A program made the translations under genes and the position numbers. Positions 10,697 to 20,344 of a stretch of DNA of 64,000 bases are shown one piece after another. The DNA comes from Candidatus Bathyarchaeia archaeon (GTDB taxonomy: Archaea > Thermoproteota > Bathyarchaeia > Bathyarchaeales > Bathycorpusculaceae): contig JBBFKZ010000002.1 of NCBI GenBank assembly GCA_037481775.1, forward strand, positions 32,001-96,000, written 5' to 3'. The first letter of the stretch is position 1, and every line of letters starts with the position of its first letter. A model generated the notes under the pieces. The model ran no database searches and had not been told where the DNA came from. It saw only the letters and a list, made by a program, of their open reading frames with translations.

Positions 10697-12103
10697 ATGA
10701 AAGAAGTGAAAAAAGCGAAAATAGCTTTAGTTAATTCGCCTATTATCGAGGCAACTTATCAGCATCCGTTATTTCCCCCTCTCGGCTTGGCATACTTGGC
10801 CGCCGTGCTTGAACAAAACAATTTCGACGTAACCATAATTGACTGCCCCGCCTGCCGAATGGATCATAAAAAGCTGAAAGAAGAATTATCCTCCATGCAG
10901 CCTGCGTTGGTTGGCATAGCTTCTATGACGCCCACAGTGCCTTCAGCGCTTGAATCCGCGCGGGTGGCAAAAGAAGCATGCCCAGATACCAAGGTTGTTA
11001 TGGGCGGTCCGCACGCCACTTTCGCAGATACCGAGATCCTCACTGAAGAGCCGGCGGTTGACGTAATAGTGCGCGGCGAGGGCGAAGAAACTCTTTTGGA
11101 ACTTGCTCAAAACCTGCCTGAATTACGGAATCTCAGCAAGATAAGGGGTATAACCTTTAAGCATGATGGGGAAATCGTTAAGACGCCTAATCGGCCATTC
11201 ATTCAGAACCTTGACGCGCTGCCGCATCCCTCGTACAAGAGCCTCCCGATAGAGCGTTATCGGATTTGCGGGAAAAAGTTCCTGCCCCTCATGTCAAGCA
11301 GAGGCTGCCCCTTCCAGTGTTCCTTCTGTGTGGCCTCGCAGATGTTTGGCGCCAAATTCCGCGCAAGAAGCCCTAAGAACGTGGTAGATGAGATGGAATG
11401 GTTGATAAGCACGTATGGCGCGGAGGGCATATCATTCCACGATGACGCGTTGACTCTTGATAAAAAAAGGATATTCGACATCTGCGATGAAATAATCAGC
11501 AGGAAGTTAAAGATTGCGTGGGGCTGCCAGACAAGAGTCGATCAGGTTTCCAAAGAAGTTTTGGCTAAAATGCGACGGGCAGGATGCAACGAAGTTTCCT
11601 TCGGTGTAGAATCAGGCTGCCAAAGAATTCTAGATGCGGTAAAAAAGAAAGTTTCAACAGAACAAAGCGCAAGGGCTGTTAGAATTGCAAAGGAAGAAGG
11701 ATTGTTTGTTGCGGTATCCACGATAATAGGGTATCCTGGAGAAACACGAGAATCGCTGAAGCAAACATTGGATTTCATACATACCTTGGAGCCTGATGAT
11801 GTGTGGCTATGTTTAGCCACGCCGTATCCCGGCACTGAACTTCGCGCTTTAATCGAGCGCATGGGATGGAAAATGGTTACCGACTGGACATTATATAATA
11901 CGATGAATCCGATATTTGAGAATCCAGATCTGCCCTCTGAAGAAATCAGCAGGATGCGGAAGCAGTTTTACGACAAGTTCTATTCTCCGCGATATGTGCT
12001 TCGCCAAATGGTCAAAGGCTACGTGAAAGGCAACTTTTACAGTAAAATAATGGCGCGAACATCTGCAAACTATTTGCTGTGGCGAATTAAGTCCCATATG
12101 TAA
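10697..12103 (+). CDS. B12-binding radical SAM protein
   Basis: PPLGLAYLAA, MGGPHAT, GEGE, SRGCPFQCSFC, GVESG, PYPGT. Confidence 0.9.
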   Translation: MKEVKKAKIALVNSPIIEATYQHPLFPPLGLAYLAAVLEQNNFDVTIIDCPACRMDHKKLKEELSSMQPALVGIASMTPTVPSALESARVAKEACPDTKVVMGGPHATFADTEILTEEPAVDVIVRGEGEETLLELAQNLPELRNLSKIRGITFKHDGEIVKTPNRPFIQNLDALPHPSYKSLPIERYRICGKKFLPLMSSRGCPFQCSFCVASQMFGAKFRARSPKNVVDEMEWLISTYGAEGISFHDDALTLDKKRIFDICDEIISRKLKIAWGCQTRVDQVSKEVLAKMRRAGCNEVSFGVESGCQRILDAVKKKVSTEQSARAVRIAKEEGLFVAVSTIIGYPGETRESLKQTLDFIHTLEPDDVWLCLATPYPGTELRALIERMGWKMVTDWTLYNTMNPIFENPDLPSEEISRMRKQFYDKFYSPRYVLRQMVKGYVKGNFYSKIMARTSANYLLWRIKSHM

Positions 12104-12292
12104 GTCTAAACAGGCCATGCTTTTGCAAGCAATGAAGCCTAACTAAGGAAGGGTATGCGGCGCCGAATCTACTCGTTGAATTGTCTTGGAATCATGTAGC
12201 TGGCACAGTTCTTGAAAAAGTAGAGGTTTTAACGGAAACTTTATTACTACTTCAAACGGTTAAAAACAATGAAACATCGAGGAAAGACTTAA

Positions 12293-13591
12293 ATGAAAAA
12301 CGCCGTTCTTGAACCGAACAATTCGAATGCTTATGATTCAAGGGAAAATTGGCCGCCATACACTTACCGTGATTATCCTGATATAAAGCCTGAGACATAC
12401 CGCGCGTTTCTTGATTTCCTGTCAACTGAGAACACTTCAGGAAAATTGATGGAACTGCAGCCTTGGATCTCTATATGCGACTCAAAATGTGCTTTCTGCT
12501 ATTTCCCAACCACCGCCACGGCTAAGGTGAACATAGACGATTATTTGGCGGTGTTAAAGAAAGAGCTGGATATGTACGCTAAAACAAAGTATGTGCGAAC
12601 CAGCGTGTTTGACGAGATAGTTTTGGGCGGTGGAACACCAAGCGTGCTTTCTGCCGAGCAGATGATTGACCTTATCGAGTTCTGCAAGCAGCGGTTCACC
12701 ACCAACAAAGAATACTTCATAAAAGTTACTGGTTCATCGAAGACGCTGGCGCTGAGCAAAATCGACAAGCTTGCAGCCTACGGCGTGTATCAGATGGACA
12801 TAGGCGCGCAAACATTCGATGATAACTTACGGAAGATGCTGTGCTTGCCTGATAGTGCAGCAAGCGTGGAAAAGGCCATCAGACACGCTAAAAAGCTCGG
12901 TTTATGCGTATGCGTTGACTTAATGTATAATCTTCCTGGGCAGACTATGGAAAGCTGGATAGATACGCTCAAAAAAGTCATAGAGCTTGACGTTGAAGTT
13001 GACACTTATTCCCTGCATGTTGACCCGGGTACACCACTTGAGACTATGATACAAAAGGGTGTGGTTCCTCCGCCAGGCGACGCTGAATATGAGAAGCAGC
13101 TGTATCTGGTAGCTTATAAAATGTTGACAGAAGCCGGTTACAAAGCCGTTGGGCATGACCGCTTCAGCAGAGTAGAATGGCATTTTAGAGAGAACTGCTT
13201 GAACGGCTGGCCTTGGGGCGGCATACTGACCACCGGCGCCGGATGCTTCATGGGCTATCTGCAAAGATTCTCCTACTCTAACACTGAAGACGTAGCAGAG
13301 TATATGACTGCCGTTACCGCGGGCAGATTACCTATTAACAGGCTTTCAGAATCCACCGACGAAGACATGATGCGCAGAACTATGACGCGGCTTTACCTGC
13401 GGCTTCCAGTTGACAAAATAGACTTCAAGCGTAGATTCGGAAAGCTTCCTGAAGACGTTTTTCCACAGCAACTTCAGCGGCTTAAAGAAAAGGGTCTTAT
13501 CGAAATTAACGATAAAGAAATTCGAATAACAAAGCTCGGCGACATCTGGAAAGGAAACATCGCCTGGGAATTCGCTCCTAAAGCCGCTTAA
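12293..13591 (+). CDS. HemN-like (class C) radical SAM protein
   Basis: CDSKCAFC, GGGTPS, GAQTF, DLMYNLPGQT, HemN_C-like C-terminus. Confidence 0.85.
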   Translation: MKNAVLEPNNSNAYDSRENWPPYTYRDYPDIKPETYRAFLDFLSTENTSGKLMELQPWISICDSKCAFCYFPTTATAKVNIDDYLAVLKKELDMYAKTKYVRTSVFDEIVLGGGTPSVLSAEQMIDLIEFCKQRFTTNKEYFIKVTGSSKTLALSKIDKLAAYGVYQMDIGAQTFDDNLRKMLCLPDSAASVEKAIRHAKKLGLCVCVDLMYNLPGQTMESWIDTLKKVIELDVEVDTYSLHVDPGTPLETMIQKGVVPPPGDAEYEKQLYLVAYKMLTEAGYKAVGHDRFSRVEWHFRENCLNGWPWGGILTTGAGCFMGYLQRFSYSNTEDVAEYMTAVTAGRLPINRLSESTDEDMMRRTMTRLYLRLPVDKIDFKRRFGKLPEDVFPQQLQRLKEKGLIEINDKEIRITKLGDIWKGNIAWEFAPKAA

Positions 13592-13639
13592 CAACCAACT
13601 CTAACTTTTTAAAAACAAAAAAATAAAAAGGGAAGATGT

Positions 13640-14305
13640 TTAGCTCGCGTAGTGTTTCATTGGTTGTATTCCGTACCAAGTCATCACTTTAGCGAGTATG
13701 GGCACTATTATGCCTAATGCAATGCTTGGAACGAAGTTAATTACAACTGCCATCACTGGATCTGTTGCCCAAGAGTTCTGCGCCATCATTCTGCCCGGTT
13801 CAAGAGCGACATTGTAGTTCATGAAAGCTTGGATTATCGCTGTTGTTATCGCCGCGGTTAAGCTTGCGCCCAGCATTCGTTTGAAATTTGTTGAACCTTT
13901 GCTTAATGAGCCGGCCATGTAACCGATTATAACGGCGTTGACGAGGTAGAAGAGCATGCTTATGTCGCCGAAGAAGTTGTAGGCAGTTACGCCCATACTG
14001 GCGTATAAGCCGTTGTACTGTCCTGCGCTTGCTACGTAGTACATGCCGCCCATAATGAAGCCTGCTGCGCCGCCAGCCCACTTGTTCCAAAGTAAACCCA
14101 AGATAAGAGGGACGCCGAGAACAATCATCTGAGCGAAGCCCTGTGTTAGAATCACTGCTATCACGTTTGTCTCGCCGAGCACATGATATTGTCCTGTGGG
14201 ATTAACGTAAACTGCGAGAACGAAGATAAGAACCACCAGAATTATCGGTATGACGATGCCATCAATTAGATCAGCTAGTTTAAATTTTTCTGGCTCCATT
14301 CCCAT
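13640..14305 (-). CDS. Multi-pass membrane protein (about 6 TM; ECF S-component-like size)
   Basis: Hydrophobic helices, GGAAGFIMG, IGYMAG; family not recognised. Confidence 0.7.
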   Translation of the reverse strand: MGMEPEKFKLADLIDGIVIPIILVVLIFVLAVYVNPTGQYHVLGETNVIAVILTQGFAQMIVLGVPLILGLLWNKWAGGAAGFIMGGMYYVASAGQYNGLYASMGVTAYNFFGDISMLFYLVNAVIIGYMAGSLSKGSTNFKRMLGASLTAAITTAIIQAFMNYNVALEPGRMMAQNSWATDPVMAVVINFVPSIALGIIVPILAKVMTWYGIQPMKHYAS

Positions 14306-14461
14306 CCCTTGAACTATTTACTTGCTGGTGAGCTTATAAGCTTAATGCTAAAAAGTTTTGTTGCGCACATCGAAAATTTGTTAACAAGCAAACAAATATA
14401 ATGTCTTCAAAAGTTGTTTTTTAAAGTAAAAAATAAAAAGAGGATTATGACAGTTAAGGAA

Positions 14462-15838
14462 TTACTGTTGACGTAACATTGCTTTTGCTCTGAGTACACT
14501 GTTTCTAATGTCAATTCTTGCAGGGCAGACAAAGGTGCAGTGGCCGCATCCGTCACAGAGATCCGCTTGTAGCTTAACCAATTTGTTTACGTCTTTTTTG
14601 TCAAACGCTTCTTTGATCAAGATTGGGCTCAGTTTGTGACAGCATACACGCATGCAGGCGCCGCATCTTATGCAGTCTGTTGTTTTCACGATCGCGAATT
14701 GTTTGGCTTTAGGCAACTTCGGCTCCTTCTTTTCTGCTGTGGGTTTTAGTTTCCCAACTTTATCCAAAAATGGCGAAGTCAGGTTCATTATAACTAACGC
14801 AAGAATTGAGCCGCCAAAGAAGCCCATGTATGTTTGAATCAGCATTGTTAATATGGCTAAGCCGACGCCGAATATTATCTGTCCCAAGTACGTTAACGGC
14901 GTAGTTGCCGGGTCAGTAGCCATGAAGAACGCTAGGAAAATTGAGCTGCCAATGAACAGGTGGAACATCACTCTCAAGAGTGGATCTGGATCACCGAAGG
15001 CAAATGCGAATGCAACTGCAGCCAAGGCTGTTGTCGCAAGGTACGCAACGGTTATTCTCCATTTAATGTATTTGCGGCAAATGGCGAATAGCGCAATGCC
15101 CACGATTATGACTGCAATGCTTGAGGCGCCTCCTGCCCAGCCGTGGAACTTCTGTAATAGCAGCGTGTTTACTATGTCCGTCTGAGTTGCTCCCATGATT
15201 GTTAAGCCCGGATTGCCAAAGCAACCATAAATGTAGAAGCCAAAAGGCGCCATTCCATTGCCGCTGACAATGTCATATCCAATTGGACCTGCTAATGAGG
15301 GCACACCAAGCATGCCCGTGCTCAAGTGATCTGACGGAATCAAAACAGTAAATATTCCCACAAACGCTAGCACCAGAAGCTTTGCGGCTGCCGCTGGGTT
15401 CACGTATTTTCTCCCCTTCAGTCCCTGAAGCTTTTTGAACAACACCATGCCGACAAGTGTTATAAGCGCCACGTACAGGAATGATTGAGGTGCAATCAAC
15501 GGCAGAACTTCGACAGCACGCATTGAAGGCTCGCCATAACTGTAGCAAAGCGCAACAATCATGCCGAAAACAGCTGCAGACATTATGTTAAGAGGACTAT
15601 CAGCGGCCACTTTGTGTAAGAGCACATCTACGCCTACTGCAACACCAACAGCGATAGCGCAGCTTATAATGAGCGTTACACCGTAGTCCATGCCTATAGG
15701 CGCCTGCGTCATTGGATCCTTTGCGATTGTACCGAACCACATGACAGCTGTTATGACTGCAATTACCACAAGGGCAGCAAACGTGTAGGTCATAAGTTTA
15801 TCTTTAGTCATCGCTGAGTATTCTTTCACTTTAGACAT
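14462..15838 (-). CDS. RnfD/NqrB-family membrane protein fused to an RnfC-like 2x[4Fe-4S] domain
   Basis: NPAAAA, FFMATDPATTP, IMNLTSPFLD; C-terminal CIRCGACMRVC and CDGCGHCTFVCPARI. Confidence 0.85.
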   Translation of the reverse strand: MSKVKEYSAMTKDKLMTYTFAALVVIAVITAVMWFGTIAKDPMTQAPIGMDYGVTLIISCAIAVGVAVGVDVLLHKVAADSPLNIMSAAVFGMIVALCYSYGEPSMRAVEVLPLIAPQSFLYVALITLVGMVLFKKLQGLKGRKYVNPAAAAKLLVLAFVGIFTVLIPSDHLSTGMLGVPSLAGPIGYDIVSGNGMAPFGFYIYGCFGNPGLTIMGATQTDIVNTLLLQKFHGWAGGASSIAVIIVGIALFAICRKYIKWRITVAYLATTALAAVAFAFAFGDPDPLLRVMFHLFIGSSIFLAFFMATDPATTPLTYLGQIIFGVGLAILTMLIQTYMGFFGGSILALVIMNLTSPFLDKVGKLKPTAEKKEPKLPKAKQFAIVKTTDCIRCGACMRVCCHKLSPILIKEAFDKKDVNKLVKLQADLCDGCGHCTFVCPARIDIRNSVLRAKAMLRQQ

Positions 15839-15905
15839 TCTTTACGCACACTCTCCTCGATTAGAAACTGACCTCACTCTATAACGGAAGGCTTATAAGA
15901 TTTTC

Positions 15906-16210
15906 TCAAAGCAAAATTGAAAGCGCCAATGCAAAGAAAGAGCCGCTGGGTTTGATCTTTTTCGAAACTGCTTCCAGATATTTTCGTCTGGCATCCGCTA
16001 TCGACTGGGCTTTGTCCGCTTTGTCATCTATTGGCTCTGCGCTGCCGCAGCAAACGAATAACGCGACCTTCTTGTTCTTTAGTTCTTTCTGAAACTTTTT
16101 CAGGAACTTCTGAGGTTTGCTGTTTCCCTTGGTTATTTGGATGGCGCCGCCAGCAATACCCCGTTCACACTCAGACACGTGCTCTAATTGGGCCTTTTTT
16201 AGGTCAACTA
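15906..16210 (-). pseudogene. Degenerate flavodoxin-domain remnant
   Basis: GGAIQI...KFLKKFQKELKNKKVALFVCCGSA; N-terminal FMN loop absent or disrupted, C-terminus truncated. Confidence 0.55.
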
Positions 16211-16403
16211 TGTTGTATATCCTTAATCTGTTACTCTATCTTGGTGAAAAGCGAATGATTATGTTCAGAGGCTGAATGTAATTTTGAATTTTGAGGAAAA
16301 TGCTATATGTTAAAAATCACTCACTATAACATTTTGGGGTGTACCCCTAAATCCAATGGAGCCTGATGGAAGTGGCGCGTAAGCGTTTTTTGCGTTTTCG
16401 GCT

Positions 16404-17477
16404 TTGTGTGCTGTGGCGTTTGTGGCTGCGCCGGTTTTGGCGGATGGAGGAAAAGCGAGGTGGGGCGTTAAGGTTGTGGTGGTGCTGCTGTGCCTGGTAA
16501 TATTGTTGGTTGCGTTCTCTCAATGTGTGCCTGTTTCTGCTTCGTCGTCGAGGGCTGCGGTGGTTTGGGGTTCGGAGAGCATAGGCGCGTATAATTCGAA
16601 CTTGGGGTTTAGTTGGCGTAAGCATCCGAATGAGGTTACGTATCAGCGGTATATCAGCGGCAACGTTGTCAACTATTTTGGCTCCAACGGCTACTCTGCG
16701 TTTAATATGCAGGGGAATCCTGGTTCGGTGAAGAGCTATGTTCTTTCTACGCTTCAGAGTTTAACCAGCAATTATGATAGCGTGGCAGTAATAGTATTTG
16801 ATCACGGAGTTGGCAGAGATGACTACTCACAAGCACCACTAGGTGAATTTCATTTTATGTTCGAAGATAACATAGGCATTGAGTTAGGCTCATATCCCGG
16901 TATAGATCAACCAAATAACGGAGTTTATGACATGGATATCTATCCAAGGACTACTTCACGAAAAATAATGTTTGCGTTCGTTAGCACATGCATGTCCGCA
17001 AGTCTCTGGCATCCAATTTCAGGAGAACTGTGGCAGGGACTCGTGAATGGCCGGGCGCGCGGGCTACCCTTTGCATTTACTCAGCGTACCGTGAGATCCC
17101 AAGGCACAGGTTTTAACGTGACACAGCATATAAGTGTCGACGGATATGCAGTGCCAGACAGTGGCTCTCAATGTTATATAGGCTTTACATACGGTTCTGC
17201 GTCTCTTATTCAACGCATACCCTATAACACAGGAATTGAGTATATGCATTGGGTTAACAGTTTCTTCTATTATGCCCTATTCTATCAGATGACAGTAAAC
17301 CAAGCTCTAGACCACGCTTCATGGCAACATTGGGGCAACTATTTTGTGAATTCTCCCCTCAACACAGGATTCACAGCAGTATGGCCGTTTTATTATAATG
17401 GACAATGGAACAATCATTACGGGGCTGGCTCTAGAATGGCCGTTTACGGCAATGGAAATATATGTCTAAAAGCGTGA
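16404..17477 (+). CDS. Secreted protein, possible clan CD (caspase/gingipain-like) fold
   Basis: Signal-like hydrophobic segment; VIVFDHG, FAFVSTC, CYIGF, C-terminal RMAVYGNGN. Confidence 0.6.
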   Translation: MCAVAFVAAPVLADGGKARWGVKVVVVLLCLVILLVAFSQCVPVSASSSRAAVVWGSESIGAYNSNLGFSWRKHPNEVTYQRYISGNVVNYFGSNGYSAFNMQGNPGSVKSYVLSTLQSLTSNYDSVAVIVFDHGVGRDDYSQAPLGEFHFMFEDNIGIELGSYPGIDQPNNGVYDMDIYPRTTSRKIMFAFVSTCMSASLWHPISGELWQGLVNGRARGLPFAFTQRTVRSQGTGFNVTQHISVDGYAVPDSGSQCYIGFTYGSASLIQRIPYNTGIEYMHWVNSFFYYALFYQMTVNQALDHASWQHWGNYFVNSPLNTGFTAVWPFYYNGQWNNHYGAGSRMAVYGNGNICLKA

Positions 17478-17558
17478 GGATCCAACATGATCACCTACAG
17501 CAAAATATTCCATCTGCTTCATCTTTTTCCTCATTTTTTTATTACATGCACATTAAAA

Positions 17559-19088
17559 ATGTCGCTATCAAAAATTTACGGGGCGCGTGTAATTATTTTT
17601 GCTTTCGGCTCAGTTTTGCTTATCTTTTTTGCCTTTGCACAATCAAGTTTAGTTTATGCCGATGACGCGTATGGAAATCTTGGTCAAAAGCTAGGGATCA
17701 GCAACTGGGTTAAAGACGAGTACCACAGCTTGAGCGCTACCCAAGTTGTATCACAAACTGAGGGATTATGGCAGAACGGCAGTGCATGGGAGGTAATGGG
17801 TGAGATGTATACTCCCCGAGGAGGATTAGGTGCAGCAGCAGTAAATGGCAAAATTTACGCGTTAGGTGGCTCCGTCCATTCACACTGGCCGGGTTATACT
17901 TATCCTTCTGTTGTGGATGCTAATGAAGAGTATGATCCTATAGCGAACCGTTGGGTTTCTAGGAAACCTATGCCCACCGCTAGAGCTTATTTTGGAATAG
18001 CAGTTTACCATGGCATGATCTACTGCATAGGTGGGTTCTCAAGTGATGGGGCAACTGGTGTGGTTGAGGTTTACGACCCTACAATTGATACATGGGAACC
18101 TAGGTCACCTTTACCTACTGAGGCGTTGGTTGAAGTGAAAAGCATGTCTCACTTTGAGACATCTGCCGCTGTGTTAAAGGATAAGATTCATGTGGTGGTT
18201 AGTGGAGGCGGCCATTATGTCTATGACCCGGAAACTGATACTTGGACAAGGAAGACACCACTGCCCGTAAGCAAATTTAACAACGTTTTAGTGGAGTTGG
18301 AAGCGAAGTTGTACGCGATATCTGAAGATAGCATGTACGTCTACGATTCGGAGAACGATTCATGGAGAGCGATGACGCCCCCTCCAACACCCTTATATCA
18401 TGCAACCGCAGTAGCCACGAGTGGATATTTAGCCGAGAAAATGATATGTGTTTTCTCCTCGGATCTCATAGTTCCGGTTTTTGGGTATTCGAAAGCGGGA
18501 TACACATTCATCTATTTCCCGGAAAACGACTCTTGGATCCAGAGCGCAAGCATGCCTACTGGCCGCGTCTACCCTGGAGTCGCCGCATACAAAGATATTA
18601 TCTACGTGATAGGCGGATTCACGCCAGTAGTCTCCGACATAGTGAAGCCCAGCAACAAAATTGAGCGTTTTCTGCCGCCGGGCTATGGTATGGTGCCGCC
18701 GCTTGTGCGTGTGCTTTCGCCTGAAAACACGACTTACGCGACGGGGAATGTTTCCTTGGTTTTCGCGGTGGATCGCCCGGTGGTCTGGATGGGCTATAGC
18801 TTGAATGGTCATGCGCGTAGGCCTGTGGATGGGAATGTTACGTTGGTTGGGCTGGCTGAGGGCGCTTATGCGTTGACAGTTTACGCCGTTGACGGCTTCG
18901 GCAACACTGCCGCGTCGGAAACTGTATGCTTTGCTGTGGTAAATCCCGTTAAGGCCATGTTGCTTCAAGCTTTAGCCGTGATCCTGCCTGCTGCAGTGGC
19001 CATTGTTGCTGTGGTGGTAATCAAGCGTTACAAACGCAGACGCCCTCAGCCTAAACAATCTGACATCACGTTTTCAGGTTCTGGATGA
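17559..19088 (+). CDS. Kelch-repeat surface protein with Ig-like domain and C-terminal membrane anchor
   Basis: GKIYALGG, EEYDP..W...PMPTAR, IYVIGG; VLSPEN..Y module; TM followed by KRYKRRR; start trimmed from 17487. Confidence 0.85.
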   Translation: MSLSKIYGARVIIFAFGSVLLIFFAFAQSSLVYADDAYGNLGQKLGISNWVKDEYHSLSATQVVSQTEGLWQNGSAWEVMGEMYTPRGGLGAAAVNGKIYALGGSVHSHWPGYTYPSVVDANEEYDPIANRWVSRKPMPTARAYFGIAVYHGMIYCIGGFSSDGATGVVEVYDPTIDTWEPRSPLPTEALVEVKSMSHFETSAAVLKDKIHVVVSGGGHYVYDPETDTWTRKTPLPVSKFNNVLVELEAKLYAISEDSMYVYDSENDSWRAMTPPPTPLYHATAVATSGYLAEKMICVFSSDLIVPVFGYSKAGYTFIYFPENDSWIQSASMPTGRVYPGVAAYKDIIYVIGGFTPVVSDIVKPSNKIERFLPPGYGMVPPLVRVLSPENTTYATGNVSLVFAVDRPVVWMGYSLNGHARRPVDGNVTLVGLAEGAYALTVYAVDGFGNTAASETVCFAVVNPVKAMLLQALAVILPAAVAIVAVVVIKRYKRRRPQPKQSDITFSGSG

Positions 19089-19210
19089 ATTTCCAGAAAA
19101 AAGATGGACAATGCTGTTTTTAGTTTTACGCTTTTTTGCTTCTTTCACTTATGATGCTGAAATTAGGGGTTTTTATCGTAACTCTTATATCATAAAGGTT
19201 TTATCTAAAT

Positions 19211-20293
19211 TTGCTTGTGAGCTTGATGGCTTCGAAAAAAGCGCCTTTGTACATGGTCACTTGGAGATGTACGCGGAGATGTGTAGGCAACTGCATGTAT
19301 TGCAGTTACACGCCTGAATACGCTAAAGACGCTGAAGTAGATACTAAGACTGCATGCAAGATTGTAGATGAAATTTATAATTTCGGCTCTCCCTGGTTCG
19401 GCATTAGCGGCGGCGAACCCTTGGTTCGCGAAGACATCTTTGATGTAATAGCATATGCGAAAAAGATTGGTTTCGAAGTTAGCCTCATAACCAGCGGGTT
19501 TGCCTTTGATGAGAAGCGGCTTAATAACCTTGTTCGTCATGAAGTTCACACAGCCGTCAGCATCGACGGCGCTAGGGAGTCAAACGACATTATACGCGGC
19601 AAGGGTAGCTATGATAAGGCGCTTTACGCTATGAAACGTCTATCAGAAAATGGCATCCTCGACTGCATAGTTACAACTATGACTAAGTATAACCTCAAAG
19701 ACGCTGAGCATGTGGTTAAGCTGGCAGCTGAACACAAAGCCCGAATGGTTGTTTTCCACAATTTGGTGCCCGTAGGCCGCGCTGATCCTAACATGCCTAA
19801 TTTGGCGCCTTCTCCTGAGGAATATGAGTGGGCGTTTAACAACATTTACGATCTGCAAGTCAAGTATGCTGATCAAGTGCATGTAAATGTTTATGCACCC
19901 TTTTACGCTCGAATTGTGCGCCAACGAAACCCAGCTGACTTCTGGGACTGGTTCACCCAGCGTTTTCTGGGTAAGTGCACAATCGGCGGAAACTACATCA
20001 GCGTCACAGAAAACGGAGACTACCGATCATGCGGTTTCCACGAAGGCTACCGTGTTGGAAACGTTAAATCTAAAGGTTTGCGTGAAACATGGGATGAGCT
20101 GCAGCGTTCCGAACTTCACCTTAAACTAAGAGACAAAAGCAACATTAAGGGCAAGTGCGGCGTCTGCGAGTACCGCGAAATCTGCGGAGGCTGCCGCACA
20201 CGCGCCGAATATTACACCGGCGACTTATTCCAAAGCGATCCTGCTTGTGCATATGTGCCTAAGGTACTTCGAGAAGCGCAATCAGGGCAATAA
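19211..20293 (+). CDS. Radical SAM/SPASM protein, paralog of 9382..10500
   Basis: CVGNCMYC, SGGEPL, CGVCEYREICGGCR...DPAC. Confidence 0.9.
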   Translation: MLVSLMASKKAPLYMVTWRCTRRCVGNCMYCSYTPEYAKDAEVDTKTACKIVDEIYNFGSPWFGISGGEPLVREDIFDVIAYAKKIGFEVSLITSGFAFDEKRLNNLVRHEVHTAVSIDGARESNDIIRGKGSYDKALYAMKRLSENGILDCIVTTMTKYNLKDAEHVVKLAAEHKARMVVFHNLVPVGRADPNMPNLAPSPEEYEWAFNNIYDLQVKYADQVHVNVYAPFYARIVRQRNPADFWDWFTQRFLGKCTIGGNYISVTENGDYRSCGFHEGYRVGNVKSKGLRETWDELQRSELHLKLRDKSNIKGKCGVCEYREICGGCRTRAEYYTGDLFQSDPACAYVPKVLREAQSGQ

Positions 20294-20344
20294 TCCTCTT
20301 TCCTTGTCTACCTGCACTTTCAACTTGTAGTTAAGTAAATTCTC

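Noticed and set aside
14331-14346. Palindrome agcttataagct as an operator
   Set aside because: It coincides with the BRE-TATA consensus seen at other promoters, which explains the symmetry
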